Shown here in pieces: positions 48,598 through 57,467 of a stretch of DNA of 64,000 bases (its first letter is position 1; each line of letters opens with the position of its first letter). A model generated the notes under the pieces. It had not been told where the DNA came from. It saw only the letters and a list, made by a program, of their open reading frames with translations, and made no database searches. The stretch lies in assembly GCA_027623195.1 (NCBI GenBank), contig JAQBUT010000001.1:1-64000 (forward strand), written 5' to 3'. Origin of the DNA: Chloroflexota bacterium (GTDB lineage: Bacteria; Chloroflexota; Dehalococcoidia; Lucifugimonadales; JADFKI01). The translations under genes were made by a program, and so were the position numbers.

Positions 48598-49572
48598 ATG
48601 AGAGAACTCGCCCTATTGGCTGACGTAGGCGGCACCAATACCCGCGTGGCCCTCGTAGACGAGACCGGCGCTATGCTCATACGCCAATCAGAGAGCACCC
48701 AGGCCGAAGCTGGCAGAGACGCTGTTATGGAGCGTCTGGCTACGGCTATACGAGAGGTCGCATCCACCGCCGACGCTTCTTCCATAGTAGGCATTGGCCT
48801 GTCGGTGGCCAGCCCCGTCGACCCGGCAACAGGGGAGATGTACAACCCGCCAAACCTTCATGGAGAGGGGTGGCACCTTTTCTCCCCAAAGACGTTTTTG
48901 CAGGATAAGTTGGGCCTTCCGGTGTCGCTGGCCAACGACGCCACATTGGGGGCAATGGGCGAGCACGCCTTCGGAGCAGGTAGGGGCTCCGACAACATGA
49001 TCTACTTAACGCTTAGCACGGGCATCGGCGGCGGTGTCATAATGGACGGACGACTTTATACGGGCCACAAAGGCTTTGCTGGAGAGATCGGCCACATCAC
49101 CATCGACAGGAACGGCCCTACATGTAACTGCGGCAACGTCGGCTGCCTTGAGGCCATGGCTTCCGGAACAGCGGTGGCGCGCATGGCATACGAACGACTG
49201 TCGGCAGGGGAGTCCAGCACATTATTGGCAGCTGCTGGAGGGGACGCCTCTGCCGTGGATGCCAGAATGGTGGCGGAGGCTGCCAAGTCAGGAGATAAGT
49301 TGGCTCAGTCGCTGATGAGTGAGGTGGGCACCAACCTGGGGATCGGTATCGTTAGCCTTATGCACGTTTTCGATCCGGAGCTTATCGTAATTGGCGGGGG
49401 GATGTCCCAGAACCTAGAGATGCTGATTCCAGAGATAGACCGGGAGATTCAACGGCACGCAATGGCCCATCTGAAGGACCGGAGGCCTGTGGTGAAGTCC
49501 GAGCTTGGGGACGATGTCAGCCTGTTGGGGGCGGCAGCCCTGGTATTTTCCGACCACCGCATTTCTAAATAG
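48598..49572 (+). CDS. ROK-family sugar kinase
   Basis: DVGGT, NDA, STGIGGG and GEIGH...CNCGNVGCLE motifs. Confidence 0.92.
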   Translation: MRELALLADVGGTNTRVALVDETGAMLIRQSESTQAEAGRDAVMERLATAIREVASTADASSIVGIGLSVASPVDPATGEMYNPPNLHGEGWHLFSPKTFLQDKLGLPVSLANDATLGAMGEHAFGAGRGSDNMIYLTLSTGIGGGVIMDGRLYTGHKGFAGEIGHITIDRNGPTCNCGNVGCLEAMASGTAVARMAYERLSAGESSTLLAAAGGDASAVDARMVAEAAKSGDKLAQSLMSEVGTNLGIGIVSLMHVFDPELIVIGGGMSQNLEMLIPEIDREIQRHAMAHLKDRRPVVKSELGDDVSLLGAAALVFSDHRISK

Positions 49573-49600
49573 TTATTACAGGCCCCAATAGATTGCCGTT

Positions 49601-49730
49601 TGATTTGCACCAGAGGTATTTTTACGGCTTATCCTTCGACAAGCTCAGGGCCAACTTCATATTATGCATACGTTCGCGGTGAGTCCATCGAAGGATGAAT
49701 TAACGAAGAAGGTCTTTTTGGCGCAAGACC
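49601..49730. repeat. MITE/REP-like element, copy 3 (degenerate)
   Basis: TTGCACCA..CCTTCGACAAGCTCAGG..GGTGAGTCCATCGAAGG..TGGCGCAA. Confidence 0.65.
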
Positions 49731-49739
49731 ACCGCTGGC

Positions 49740-50672
49740 CTAGCCTTGAAAACGGAATCCAAGAGGGTCTTCATCGAAGTCGATGTTGGCCAACGCCTCC
49801 TCGGCAGCTTCCTCCACAGCATCCTCGCCTGTTTTCATGGCCTGTTGCAGAGAGCGCTTTGCCAGCGCACCCCCTATATTACCGATGGCATGAACGGCCG
49901 CCACTTGCACATCCGAGTCCTCGTCCCTTATCAGTTCGACGAGTTGCGGTATGGAAGACTCCTCGCCCAGCAGTCCGCTGGCGTGGGCGGCCTCATAGCG
50001 CATGGCCGGGTCGTCGTTATCCAACTCGGCCATAACTATGGATAGCCACTGGCTGTCGGAGCTTCGTCCCATGGCATAGATGGCGCTCTGCCGCATATTG
50101 AGACTATCGCTCTTGTATGCTTCACGAATAATCTCACTGGTTTCGATGGTATTGAAGCTGCTGACGGCCTCAATGCACCGCCTGCGAACCTCCTGCTGCT
50201 CCTCTTCGTCGTCTATCACCTCCATCAAGGCATCACGAATCTTATCGCCATCCCTTGAGAGGATCTTGCCCTGCTGGAAGAGGTCTGTAAACTTGGAGAG
50301 GGAGACTGCGGACGCAGCGCGCACTTTAGCCGATGGGTCCTTTTTCAGTAGTCCTATCAGAGGGCGAATAACAACACGGTCATCGCATTCAAAAAGACCT
50401 TTGGCGGCCTGTTCCCTGACGTCTTCACTATCATCGTTTAGAAGCGCTCGAAACATAGCGGTGAAGTCCATCTCGATGTTGTCTTCACTCAACTCCGCCA
50501 GTCTGGACATTATCTGTGTCTTGCGTGGGTCCGTTAGGGAATACCAAGTGTTCTTGAATTCGAAAAGGTCTTCGCTGGCCAAGCTGGAAAGCTGTAGGAG
50601 GCCCGCGTGTTTAAGGGGCTGACTTTCGTCTTTTAGTTCAGTTACGAATTTTTCTAATGTCATGAAGCTCAC
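49740..50672 (-). CDS. HEAT/PBS-lyase repeat protein
   Basis: Repeated L.D....VR..AA..LG units. Confidence 0.85.
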   Translation of the reverse strand: MSFMTLEKFVTELKDESQPLKHAGLLQLSSLASEDLFEFKNTWYSLTDPRKTQIMSRLAELSEDNIEMDFTAMFRALLNDDSEDVREQAAKGLFECDDRVVIRPLIGLLKKDPSAKVRAASAVSLSKFTDLFQQGKILSRDGDKIRDALMEVIDDEEEQQEVRRRCIEAVSSFNTIETSEIIREAYKSDSLNMRQSAIYAMGRSSDSQWLSIVMAELDNDDPAMRYEAAHASGLLGEESSIPQLVELIRDEDSDVQVAAVHAIGNIGGALAKRSLQQAMKTGEDAVEEAAEEALANIDFDEDPLGFRFQG

Positions 50673-51166
50673 TCACATGCGTATCGGTCTGCGAACCGTC
50701 GTTGGATAAAGGCGGCTGTGGGCTGAAATTAGCACCTGATGTGAACAGGTCTGGAGCCTCACAGGGGCTGCTCATGAGGCTTTAATCACCATAATTTTAT
50801 AACTTTTGATTCGCCACTGCGTTTTTCGAAAGTCTAAATGGTTTGTTAAGACTTTCACCAATTTTGACGTTAATGTAGGCTCAATAATTTTGTCAAGTCG
50901 AAGGCGGTCTTTCATCACATCATATTGACCAGCGGGACCCATCTTTAACCACCCATATTGTGTGCGTTCGATATTGGCTCGATATCTTCTGACGCCTCGC
51001 AGACATAGGTAAGCACACCGATTAGAAATGCGTCTCTTGACAGCGTTTGCCATCGCCCGTACTATGCGGCGCACAGGGCCATTCACCTTCGAATCCAACA
51101 CTGTTCCAGCGCGAATTTGACTGGCAAAATCAACTCTTCAATTCATTCATTTTAAGGAGACCGCAC

Positions 51167-52579
51167 ATGGCTGATTTGATTATCACCGGAGGACAGGTTG
51201 TAACGCCGTCTGGCGTGGGCCACTGGGACGTGGTTGTGAAAGGGGAGACCATAGTCGCAGTCACCGAGCCGGGCGCGATTTCGTCTGACGGGGCCAAGGT
51301 TATAGACGCTTCGGGAAAGATCGTAGTACCTGGCGGCATAGAGCCCCATGCGCACATCGGCGGTCCCCGCCAGCCGGAGCGCTCCCCAGCAGGACCCGTC
51401 TCACTGGCGGCCATATGGGGAGGCACCACCACCGTGTTGGACTTCGCCACGCAGGTTCCGGGTCATGACCTTCGGCATGCCCTTGACGAGGCTGCCGATA
51501 GGTGGCGAGGTAACGCCTACACGGACTATTCGTACCATCCAATCTTTACCAACGGCACCGGCGACGATGCCGTTAACCAGATTCCTGAGCTTATCCAAGA
51601 GGGGTACGCAAGCTTCAAGATATTTACCACCAGCATTCGACCGCCCAGCCCGCAGATGCAGAACAACAAGACGGAGTTTGGCACTCTGGCATCCATCATG
51701 GAAAAAATATCGGCTAATGGCGGCATGTTGCTGGTCCACTCCGAAGACGACGACATGGTCCACTACAACTACGACCATGCCCAGGACCGCAACCAGTGGG
51801 ACTGGTGGAACATGCACCACATCCACAACAATCTCTCGGAGGACGTCTCTTTCCACCGGGTCATTCGACTGGCGGAAAAACAGTCCTGCCCCGTTTACTT
51901 CGTGCACGTTAGCGCAGCAGAGGGCGTCAAGGCGGTTGGCTGGTCCCGCAGCCGAGGCCTGCCGATCTACGGCGAAACGCTGCATAACTATGCCTGCTTC
52001 AACGCCGAGAATTACCGCGAGGACAACGGTATGAAGTACCACACGTATCCGTCATTAAAGTCGCAGGACGATGCTAGCGAACTGTGGAAGGGCCTTATTG
52101 ACGGCAGACTGTCCACAGTCGCGACGGACCTAGTTTCCACTACGTGGGAGGAAAAGATTCGCTTCAGGACCGTGGCGGACGTTACTGGAGGGCACAACGG
52201 CATCGAGACCCGCGTGGGAGTCGCTTACGGCGAGGGCGTAGGCCGGCGGGGTTTGTCGCTTGAGCGATTCGTGGACATCACCTCCGCCAACGCCGCCAAG
52301 ATTTTCGGTATGTACCCCCGTAAGGGCGCACTGGCCGCCGGCAGCGATGCGGACATCACCATAATTGACCCGTCGGTTCGCGGCCCGCTTAGCCTGGATG
52401 ATCTGCACCTGGAGGACTACAGCATCTGGGAAGGATGGGAGGCCCAAGGCTGGCCCGTCACCACAGTGCTGCGAGGCAAGGTCATGGTGGAGGACAGGAA
52501 GCTTCTGGCCAGCGCAGGATATGGGCAGCACATCGCGCGCAAGATAGCGCCGGAGGTTACGCAGCGGCCTGTCTGCTAA
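51167..52579 (+). CDS. Dihydropyrimidinase/hydantoinase-like cyclic amidohydrolase
   Basis: PGGIEPHAH, SFK, VHSE, VHVS, ATD and AKIFGMYPRKG motifs. Confidence 0.88.
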   Translation: MADLIITGGQVVTPSGVGHWDVVVKGETIVAVTEPGAISSDGAKVIDASGKIVVPGGIEPHAHIGGPRQPERSPAGPVSLAAIWGGTTTVLDFATQVPGHDLRHALDEAADRWRGNAYTDYSYHPIFTNGTGDDAVNQIPELIQEGYASFKIFTTSIRPPSPQMQNNKTEFGTLASIMEKISANGGMLLVHSEDDDMVHYNYDHAQDRNQWDWWNMHHIHNNLSEDVSFHRVIRLAEKQSCPVYFVHVSAAEGVKAVGWSRSRGLPIYGETLHNYACFNAENYREDNGMKYHTYPSLKSQDDASELWKGLIDGRLSTVATDLVSTTWEEKIRFRTVADVTGGHNGIETRVGVAYGEGVGRRGLSLERFVDITSANAAKIFGMYPRKGALAAGSDADITIIDPSVRGPLSLDDLHLEDYSIWEGWEAQGWPVTTVLRGKVMVEDRKLLASAGYGQHIARKIAPEVTQRPVC

Positions 52580-52613
52580 TTTTTTGACATCAAAAATAAA
52601 CGGAGGAAAGAAT

Positions 52614-53030
52614 TTGCCAACCATAAATCTAGCTGAGGCTGAGCAGGTCTTGGCGGGCTCCAAGGCCAAGATCTTCGAGATGGGCGTAAAGATGAGCGTC
52701 TCCGTTACCGATTCCCGCGGAGACCTCATAGCCATGATAAAGACGGACGGCGCGTCCTGGAGAACGCCGACGATATCTCGTGGCAAGGCCATCGCGTCCG
52801 CAACCTTCGGAGCGCCCAGCGTCGATCTGGAGGAGCGCTCACGAACACCTGTGTTTCAGGCGTTCACTGTAATGCAGGAGGGCCACTTCATCATGAGTCA
52901 GGGGGCTTTGCCTGTGTACAAGGATGGAGAGATCGCCGGGGCCGTGGGTGTCAGCGGAGGCAATTCCCAGCAGGACGAGGACGTCGCCAGGGCAGGCATA
53001 GTGGCCGCCGGGCTGTCCATTACGCCTTAG
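52614..53030 (+). CDS. GlcG/HbpS heme-binding protein
   Basis: V.D..G.L, S.GKA and GAVGVSGG...QD motifs. Confidence 0.88.
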   Translation: MPTINLAEAEQVLAGSKAKIFEMGVKMSVSVTDSRGDLIAMIKTDGASWRTPTISRGKAIASATFGAPSVDLEERSRTPVFQAFTVMQEGHFIMSQGALPVYKDGEIAGAVGVSGGNSQQDEDVARAGIVAAGLSITP

Positions 53031-53039
53031 GCCCAACGG

Positions 53040-53522
53040 CTAAGGCTGGCTTCGGTCAATTAGTTCGAACGCCCGTGAGGCCAGCAGTCTGACATCTTCA
53101 GGCGGGACGACGCTTTCGCCGCTGCCGTTTTGCATTGGCGAACCGGCCTTCAGGTCCTGCTGGCTGACCCAGCGCCAACCGTCGTTTATGGGCCCTGGGG
53201 AACTGGCCGGGCGACAGAAGTAGATCATGTCTATATGGTGGTGGAAGCCTTGCACCGGATCATCGATATCCTCGATCATAATGGTGTAGGGCGCTGCCAC
53301 CTGAGTTGGGTAGTCCATCTTTATGACGGGTCCTGTGGGAACCACCTCCGCCTGGACTCCCGTCTCCTCATCTATCTCTCGTAGAACGGCCTGCACCGGG
53401 TCCTCGTTTTCATCGATATGCCCACCGGGCGGCAGCCACATCTTCACCTTGGGATGCCAGTGCAGTAGTGTGCTGCCCTGGTGGACCACAAACCCGGTTA
53501 CCGTAAAATGCCGCTCTACCAT
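53040..53522 (-). CDS. NUDIX hydrolase
   Basis: PGGHID.NEDP..A..RE..EETG Nudix box. Confidence 0.92.
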   Translation of the reverse strand: MVERHFTVTGFVVHQGSTLLHWHPKVKMWLPPGGHIDENEDPVQAVLREIDEETGVQAEVVPTGPVIKMDYPTQVAAPYTIMIEDIDDPVQGFHHHIDMIYFCRPASSPGPINDGWRWVSQQDLKAGSPMQNGSGESVVPPEDVRLLASRAFELIDRSQP

Positions 53523-53547
53523 TTATTCGCTCTTTGATTAATATTCA

Positions 53548-53579
53548 AGGCGGGACGGCACCGTAATGCCGTCCCGCCT
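53548..53579 (-). terminator. Hairpin between the DUF4349 and NUDIX genes
   Basis: AGGCGGGACGGCA..TGCCGTCCCGCCT. Confidence 0.55.
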
Positions 53580-53613
53580 CGTGTTAATTTGCCTACCCAG
53601 CAGACTCGCTGAC

Positions 53614-55353
53614 TTAAGCCTGCTCCTCAACTGGCGTAGTCTCGGCTCTTGCCTGACGCCTTGCCTTTAGCTTGCGTCTGCCGAAGACCACCACCGCGCC
53701 GACTGCGAGCCAAATTGGGCTGAATATGGCCAGCCAGATAATCAGCGAACCCGTCACCTGGGCTACGCCGGACAGAGCCCGTACTGCAGTTTTACCCGTG
53801 TCGCCGGCGCTCCAGCCCGATATCACCAGTCCCCTGGATTCGGTAACATATGCGCTAATCTGGCTAACGGTCTCGATCTCGCCAGCGTCGCTCTGGGCAG
53901 TCACGGTAAGGGTAACCGTGTAAGGGTATGGCCGATAATCGGCATACACATGGGTGGCCGTGGCTCTGGTTACGCCCTGATCCGGGGTAACTACCTCCGG
54001 CTCCGTCTGGTCTCCGAAATCCCATTTGTACTCAATGTCCGTTAGGCCCTCCGGACGCGTAAAGGAGCCAACGAACTCGATCTCCTCGCCCTCCTCAGCC
54101 TGCTTGTTATCGCCGGCGAACACCTCGATGGTCGGTATCCTCGTCACAGTGGCAATAAAGGTGTCTGAGCCCTCGGCCACGCCGCCGTCGCCAGTACCGG
54201 TAATCTTTATCTCCACAATGTAAGGGGAGTCCTTATCATCATAGTAGCTGTGGTTCACAGTGGCCGTAAATCTGCGTCCCTCCTCGACGGACGGCGCGGA
54301 GCCGTAACCGTAGACGAGGGGAGTGCCATCGCCGAAGTCCCATGAGAATGAGAACTCCTCTACATCCTCGGGCGGTGCAAACGTCGCCCTGAACCTGGCG
54401 AACTGACCAAGGCTATAGGTCTGGTTCTCGCCTGCATCCACCAGCATTTCCGTGGGCGCCAGGCGCAGATTCACGTTTACCAGCGAGAAGGCGGCAGTCT
54501 CTTCCAGGAACTTGATGCGGCCCTGGCGGCTCTCTATATCCGCTTGCAATTTGGCCAATTCCCTCTGAACGTTGAGGGCATCTTCCACCGATCTGGCCTG
54601 GGCCAGCAACCCAATAAGGGCCTGCTCCGTGGCCTGCAGGCTGGTTAACCTGGACTTGTTGTCAACGTACTCATCGGTGACATCCTGGCTGGTGGAGGAC
54701 TCTGAGTCTACCTCCACGGACAGTCCCCGCAGGCTTAAGACAAAGTCGTCCAGCCCGTTAGCCGGGACACGTACCGAGATGGAACCCTGGTGCTTTGCTG
54801 CTCTGTCGGAGCTAACAACCCAACCGCCGAAATCCCGGGCCAAAGCCGAAATGTCGTCTACGGAGGTTGCCACTTCACCTACCACTAACGCCATGTTCAC
54901 TGTGCGAACGATAATGCGCTGTTGGCTTACCAGGGCTGCCTGCTGGTCGAGCCCGGTTGAGTTTTGGGCAAAGTCTTCAGACTCCTCTTTGCTTACGCCA
55001 TAAGCGCCATCGGAGCTGGCGCCAACTGTTGGCTTTGAGAAATTCGGTGATGGCTCCGGCCTCGGGGCACGCAAAGCGTCAGCGGGGGCGGCAGTCGCGG
55101 AGGCTGCAGGTGCGGTGGGCATCTGAGGGGCCGCAATACCCGCAGATGAACGATCCTCATCCCCAAATATTTCCCGTAAAGTAGTGCCAAAAGTACCCGG
55201 TGACCCCGGTGACCCGGCTGGCCCCTCCACAGCAGACGAATCTGATGAAAGTGCCGAGTACCTGATGTCTTTAGAAGAACTTGCGCAGGCCACCATCAAC
55301 ACAAGGAATATGAGGGAACCCAGTAAAGTTATGCTTTTCATAGACCGAATCAT
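53614..55353 (-). CDS. DUF4349 lipoprotein with two PKD domains and a C-terminal TM helix
   Basis: Lipobox VAC; RVP..QDVTDEYVD; two WDFGD motifs. Confidence 0.85.
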   Translation of the reverse strand: MIRSMKSITLLGSLIFLVLMVACASSSKDIRYSALSSDSSAVEGPAGSPGSPGTFGTTLREIFGDEDRSSAGIAAPQMPTAPAASATAAPADALRAPRPEPSPNFSKPTVGASSDGAYGVSKEESEDFAQNSTGLDQQAALVSQQRIIVRTVNMALVVGEVATSVDDISALARDFGGWVVSSDRAAKHQGSISVRVPANGLDDFVLSLRGLSVEVDSESSTSQDVTDEYVDNKSRLTSLQATEQALIGLLAQARSVEDALNVQRELAKLQADIESRQGRIKFLEETAAFSLVNVNLRLAPTEMLVDAGENQTYSLGQFARFRATFAPPEDVEEFSFSWDFGDGTPLVYGYGSAPSVEEGRRFTATVNHSYYDDKDSPYIVEIKITGTGDGGVAEGSDTFIATVTRIPTIEVFAGDNKQAEEGEEIEFVGSFTRPEGLTDIEYKWDFGDQTEPEVVTPDQGVTRATATHVYADYRPYPYTVTLTVTAQSDAGEIETVSQISAYVTESRGLVISGWSAGDTGKTAVRALSGVAQVTGSLIIWLAIFSPIWLAVGAVVVFGRRKLKARRQARAETTPVEEQA

Positions 55354-55569
55354 AGTAAACCAACCTTTTTGTTACAAGGTGCATAAGGCATTTTAGTTGT
55401 TACACCAAATCATCTAAATACTGCCCCGCATGTAATATAGACGACTGTTGGTCGAATTTTGTTCCCGTTATCACCCTGGGGAGGCATTCATTGCCTTTGC
55501 ATGGCTTCGTTTCGTTGACTTTTCATGGGGCGTGGGATATTCTGAGTGCACTAACAAATGAATAAAATC

Positions 55570-55668
55570 GCGAGGTAGGGGAGCTTGGAACCGCCAGGCT
55601 GAGAGGCACCGACAATTCGGTGCGACCCCTTGCACCTGACCTGGGTAATGCCAGCGCAGGGACTTACC
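55570..55668 (+). promoter_or_regulatory. TPP riboswitch
   Basis: AGGGGAGC..GCTGAGA..GACCC..ACCTGA.CTGGGTAATGCCAGCGCAGGGA directly upstream of thiG. Confidence 0.95.
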
Positions 55669-55687
55669 ATACAAATGTTGTGTACAG

Positions 55688-55721
55688 ACCGCTGGCATAT
55701 TGTCGGCGGTTTTTGTGTTTT
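55688..55721 (+). terminator. Riboswitch expression-platform terminator
   Basis: ACCGCTGGCA..TGTCGGCGGT followed by a T-run. Confidence 0.7.
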
Positions 55722-55757
55722 AGAGACCCCGCTTTGCGGGCCCACAGGAGAGTTCAG

Positions 55758-56549
55758 ATGAGCGACCCCCTGATAATCGATGGCAAAGAGTTCAAGTCCA
55801 GACTAATGGTTGGCACAGGCCGGCACCGCAGCATGGAAGAGATGGTCTCCTCCATAGAGTCTTCGGGCGCCGAGATCATCACTGTCGCCATCCGCCGCCT
55901 GGACCTGGACAATCCAAACGAAAAGAACATCCTCGACTACTTCGATTGGAGCAAGTACACCATTCTCCCCAATACGGCAGGCTGCAAGACGGCGGAAGAG
56001 GCAATCTTCACCGCGCACCTGGCAAGGGAGGTCACGGGCTCCAACTGGCTCAAGCTGGAGGTTATACCCAACGCGTCCCACCTGTTGCCCGACCCCATAG
56101 GCACCTACGAGGCCGCCAAGCAACTGGTAAAAGAGGGCTTTGTGGTGCTGCCTTACATTCACGCTGACCCTGTGCTGGCCGAAAGGCTCGAAGAGATCGG
56201 CTGCGCTACCGTTATGCCGCTTGGCTCGCCCATAGGCTCTGGCCAGGGTATCCTAACAATCGACGAGATTCGCATCATTATCGCCAACGCCAAAGTACCG
56301 GTGGTTGTGGATGCGGGTCTGGCGGTGCCTTCCGATGCCTCTGCGGCCATGGAGGCTGGGGCTGGCGCGGTGCTTGTCAACACGGCCATCGCTCAGGCGC
56401 AGGACCCCGCTGTCATGGGAGAGGCCTTCAAGCTTGGGGTGCAGGCCGGAAGGATGGCGTACGAGGCTGGACGAATCGACCGCAAGCAGGTCGCCGCTGC
56501 CAGCAGTCCCACTGAAGGCATGGCGGCTCCCTCAAGCAGTCGGAGTTAG
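55758..56549 (+). CDS. thiG: Thiazole synthase
   Basis: [33 protein letters not shown] and VDAG motifs. Confidence 0.96.
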   Translation: MSDPLIIDGKEFKSRLMVGTGRHRSMEEMVSSIESSGAEIITVAIRRLDLDNPNEKNILDYFDWSKYTILPNTAGCKTAEEAIFTAHLAREVTGSNWLKLEVIPNASHLLPDPIGTYEAAKQLVKEGFVVLPYIHADPVLAERLEEIGCATVMPLGSPIGSGQGILTIDEIRIIIANAKVPVVVDAGLAVPSDASAAMEAGAGAVLVNTAIAQAQDPAVMGEAFKLGVQAGRMAYEAGRIDRKQVAAASSPTEGMAAPSSSRS

Positions 56550-56557
56550 ACAACGGC

Positions 56558-57220
56558 ATGAAGTTGGTTCTGCCCTACCTTTGCCTGGTTACGGACCGAA
56601 ACCAGTGCGAGGGACGTTCTCTGGTCGATGTCGTTGAGCAAGCTGTGTCCGCGGGCGTCAACATGGTGCAGTTGCGTGAGAAGGACCTTCCAGCTAGTGC
56701 TTTGTACGAGCTTGGTTCACGCCTGCGAGAGATCACTCGGAACAGAGCCCTGCTGTTCATAAACGATAGGGTAGACGTTGCCCTAGCTTGTGGAGCTGAC
56801 GGAGTACAACTGGGGGAGGACAGTCTCCCATTGCGTGCTGCGCGAGAGGCGTCCCATAGCAGACTTCTGCTCAGCAGGTCGGTCCACAGCGTCGAAAGCG
56901 CGCAGGAGGCTCACAAGGCCGGTGCAGACCTTCTGTTACTGGGCACGATATTCCCCAGCGGCTCACATCCGAGCGGCGAGACCGGCGGCTTGGAACGAGT
57001 AAAAGGCGCAAGCTTCGCAGTAGACATTCCCGTTTTGGCCATAGGCGGCATAAACGCGAATAACATCGGCTGGGTCATAAACGCTGGAGCGTCCGGCGCT
57101 GCCGTAATCACAGCCATAACGCGAAGCCCTGACCCAGAGGGTGCGGCCTCCGCTCTGGCGAGTGAAATGAATAACGCTTGGGCTAACATCGCCTCATTAA
57201 GAGTAACGAAACAGATATGA
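56558..57220 (+). CDS. thiE: Thiamine-phosphate synthase
   Basis: VQLREKD, INDR.DVA, SVHS and AIGGI motifs; thi operon context. Confidence 0.88.
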   Translation: MKLVLPYLCLVTDRNQCEGRSLVDVVEQAVSAGVNMVQLREKDLPASALYELGSRLREITRNRALLFINDRVDVALACGADGVQLGEDSLPLRAAREASHSRLLLSRSVHSVESAQEAHKAGADLLLLGTIFPSGSHPSGETGGLERVKGASFAVDIPVLAIGGINANNIGWVINAGASGAAVITAITRSPDPEGAASALASEMNNAWANIASLRVTKQI

Positions 57221-57420
57221 TAAATCTCACCATAAACGGAAAAACGCAGGAGCTGGAAGGCCCCACAAACCTGGTCAGCTACCTGGATTCTCTAAGCATC
57301 AACAAGCGTTTCATCGCGGTGGCCTACAACGGCACTGTGATACAGCGGAGCGAATTGGACACCATCACATTGAGCGATGGCGATCAGATTGAGATAGTCC
57401 GTGCGGTCGGCGGCGGCTAG
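57217..57420 (+). CDS. thiS: Sulfur carrier protein
   Basis: 67 aa with C-terminal VGGG. Confidence 0.95.
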   Translation: MINLTINGKTQELEGPTNLVSYLDSLSINKRFIAVAYNGTVIQRSELDTITLSDGDQIEIVRAVGGG

Positions 57421-57467
57421 GTTTGCACCGGTGTCGTCAGAAGCCTGCCTTGGCGGCAAACGATACC

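Noticed and set aside
50772..51150. 109-aa ORF or riboswitch in the divergent intergenic region
   Set aside because: No recognisable protein motif or RBS; only short scattered stems and no known aptamer signature
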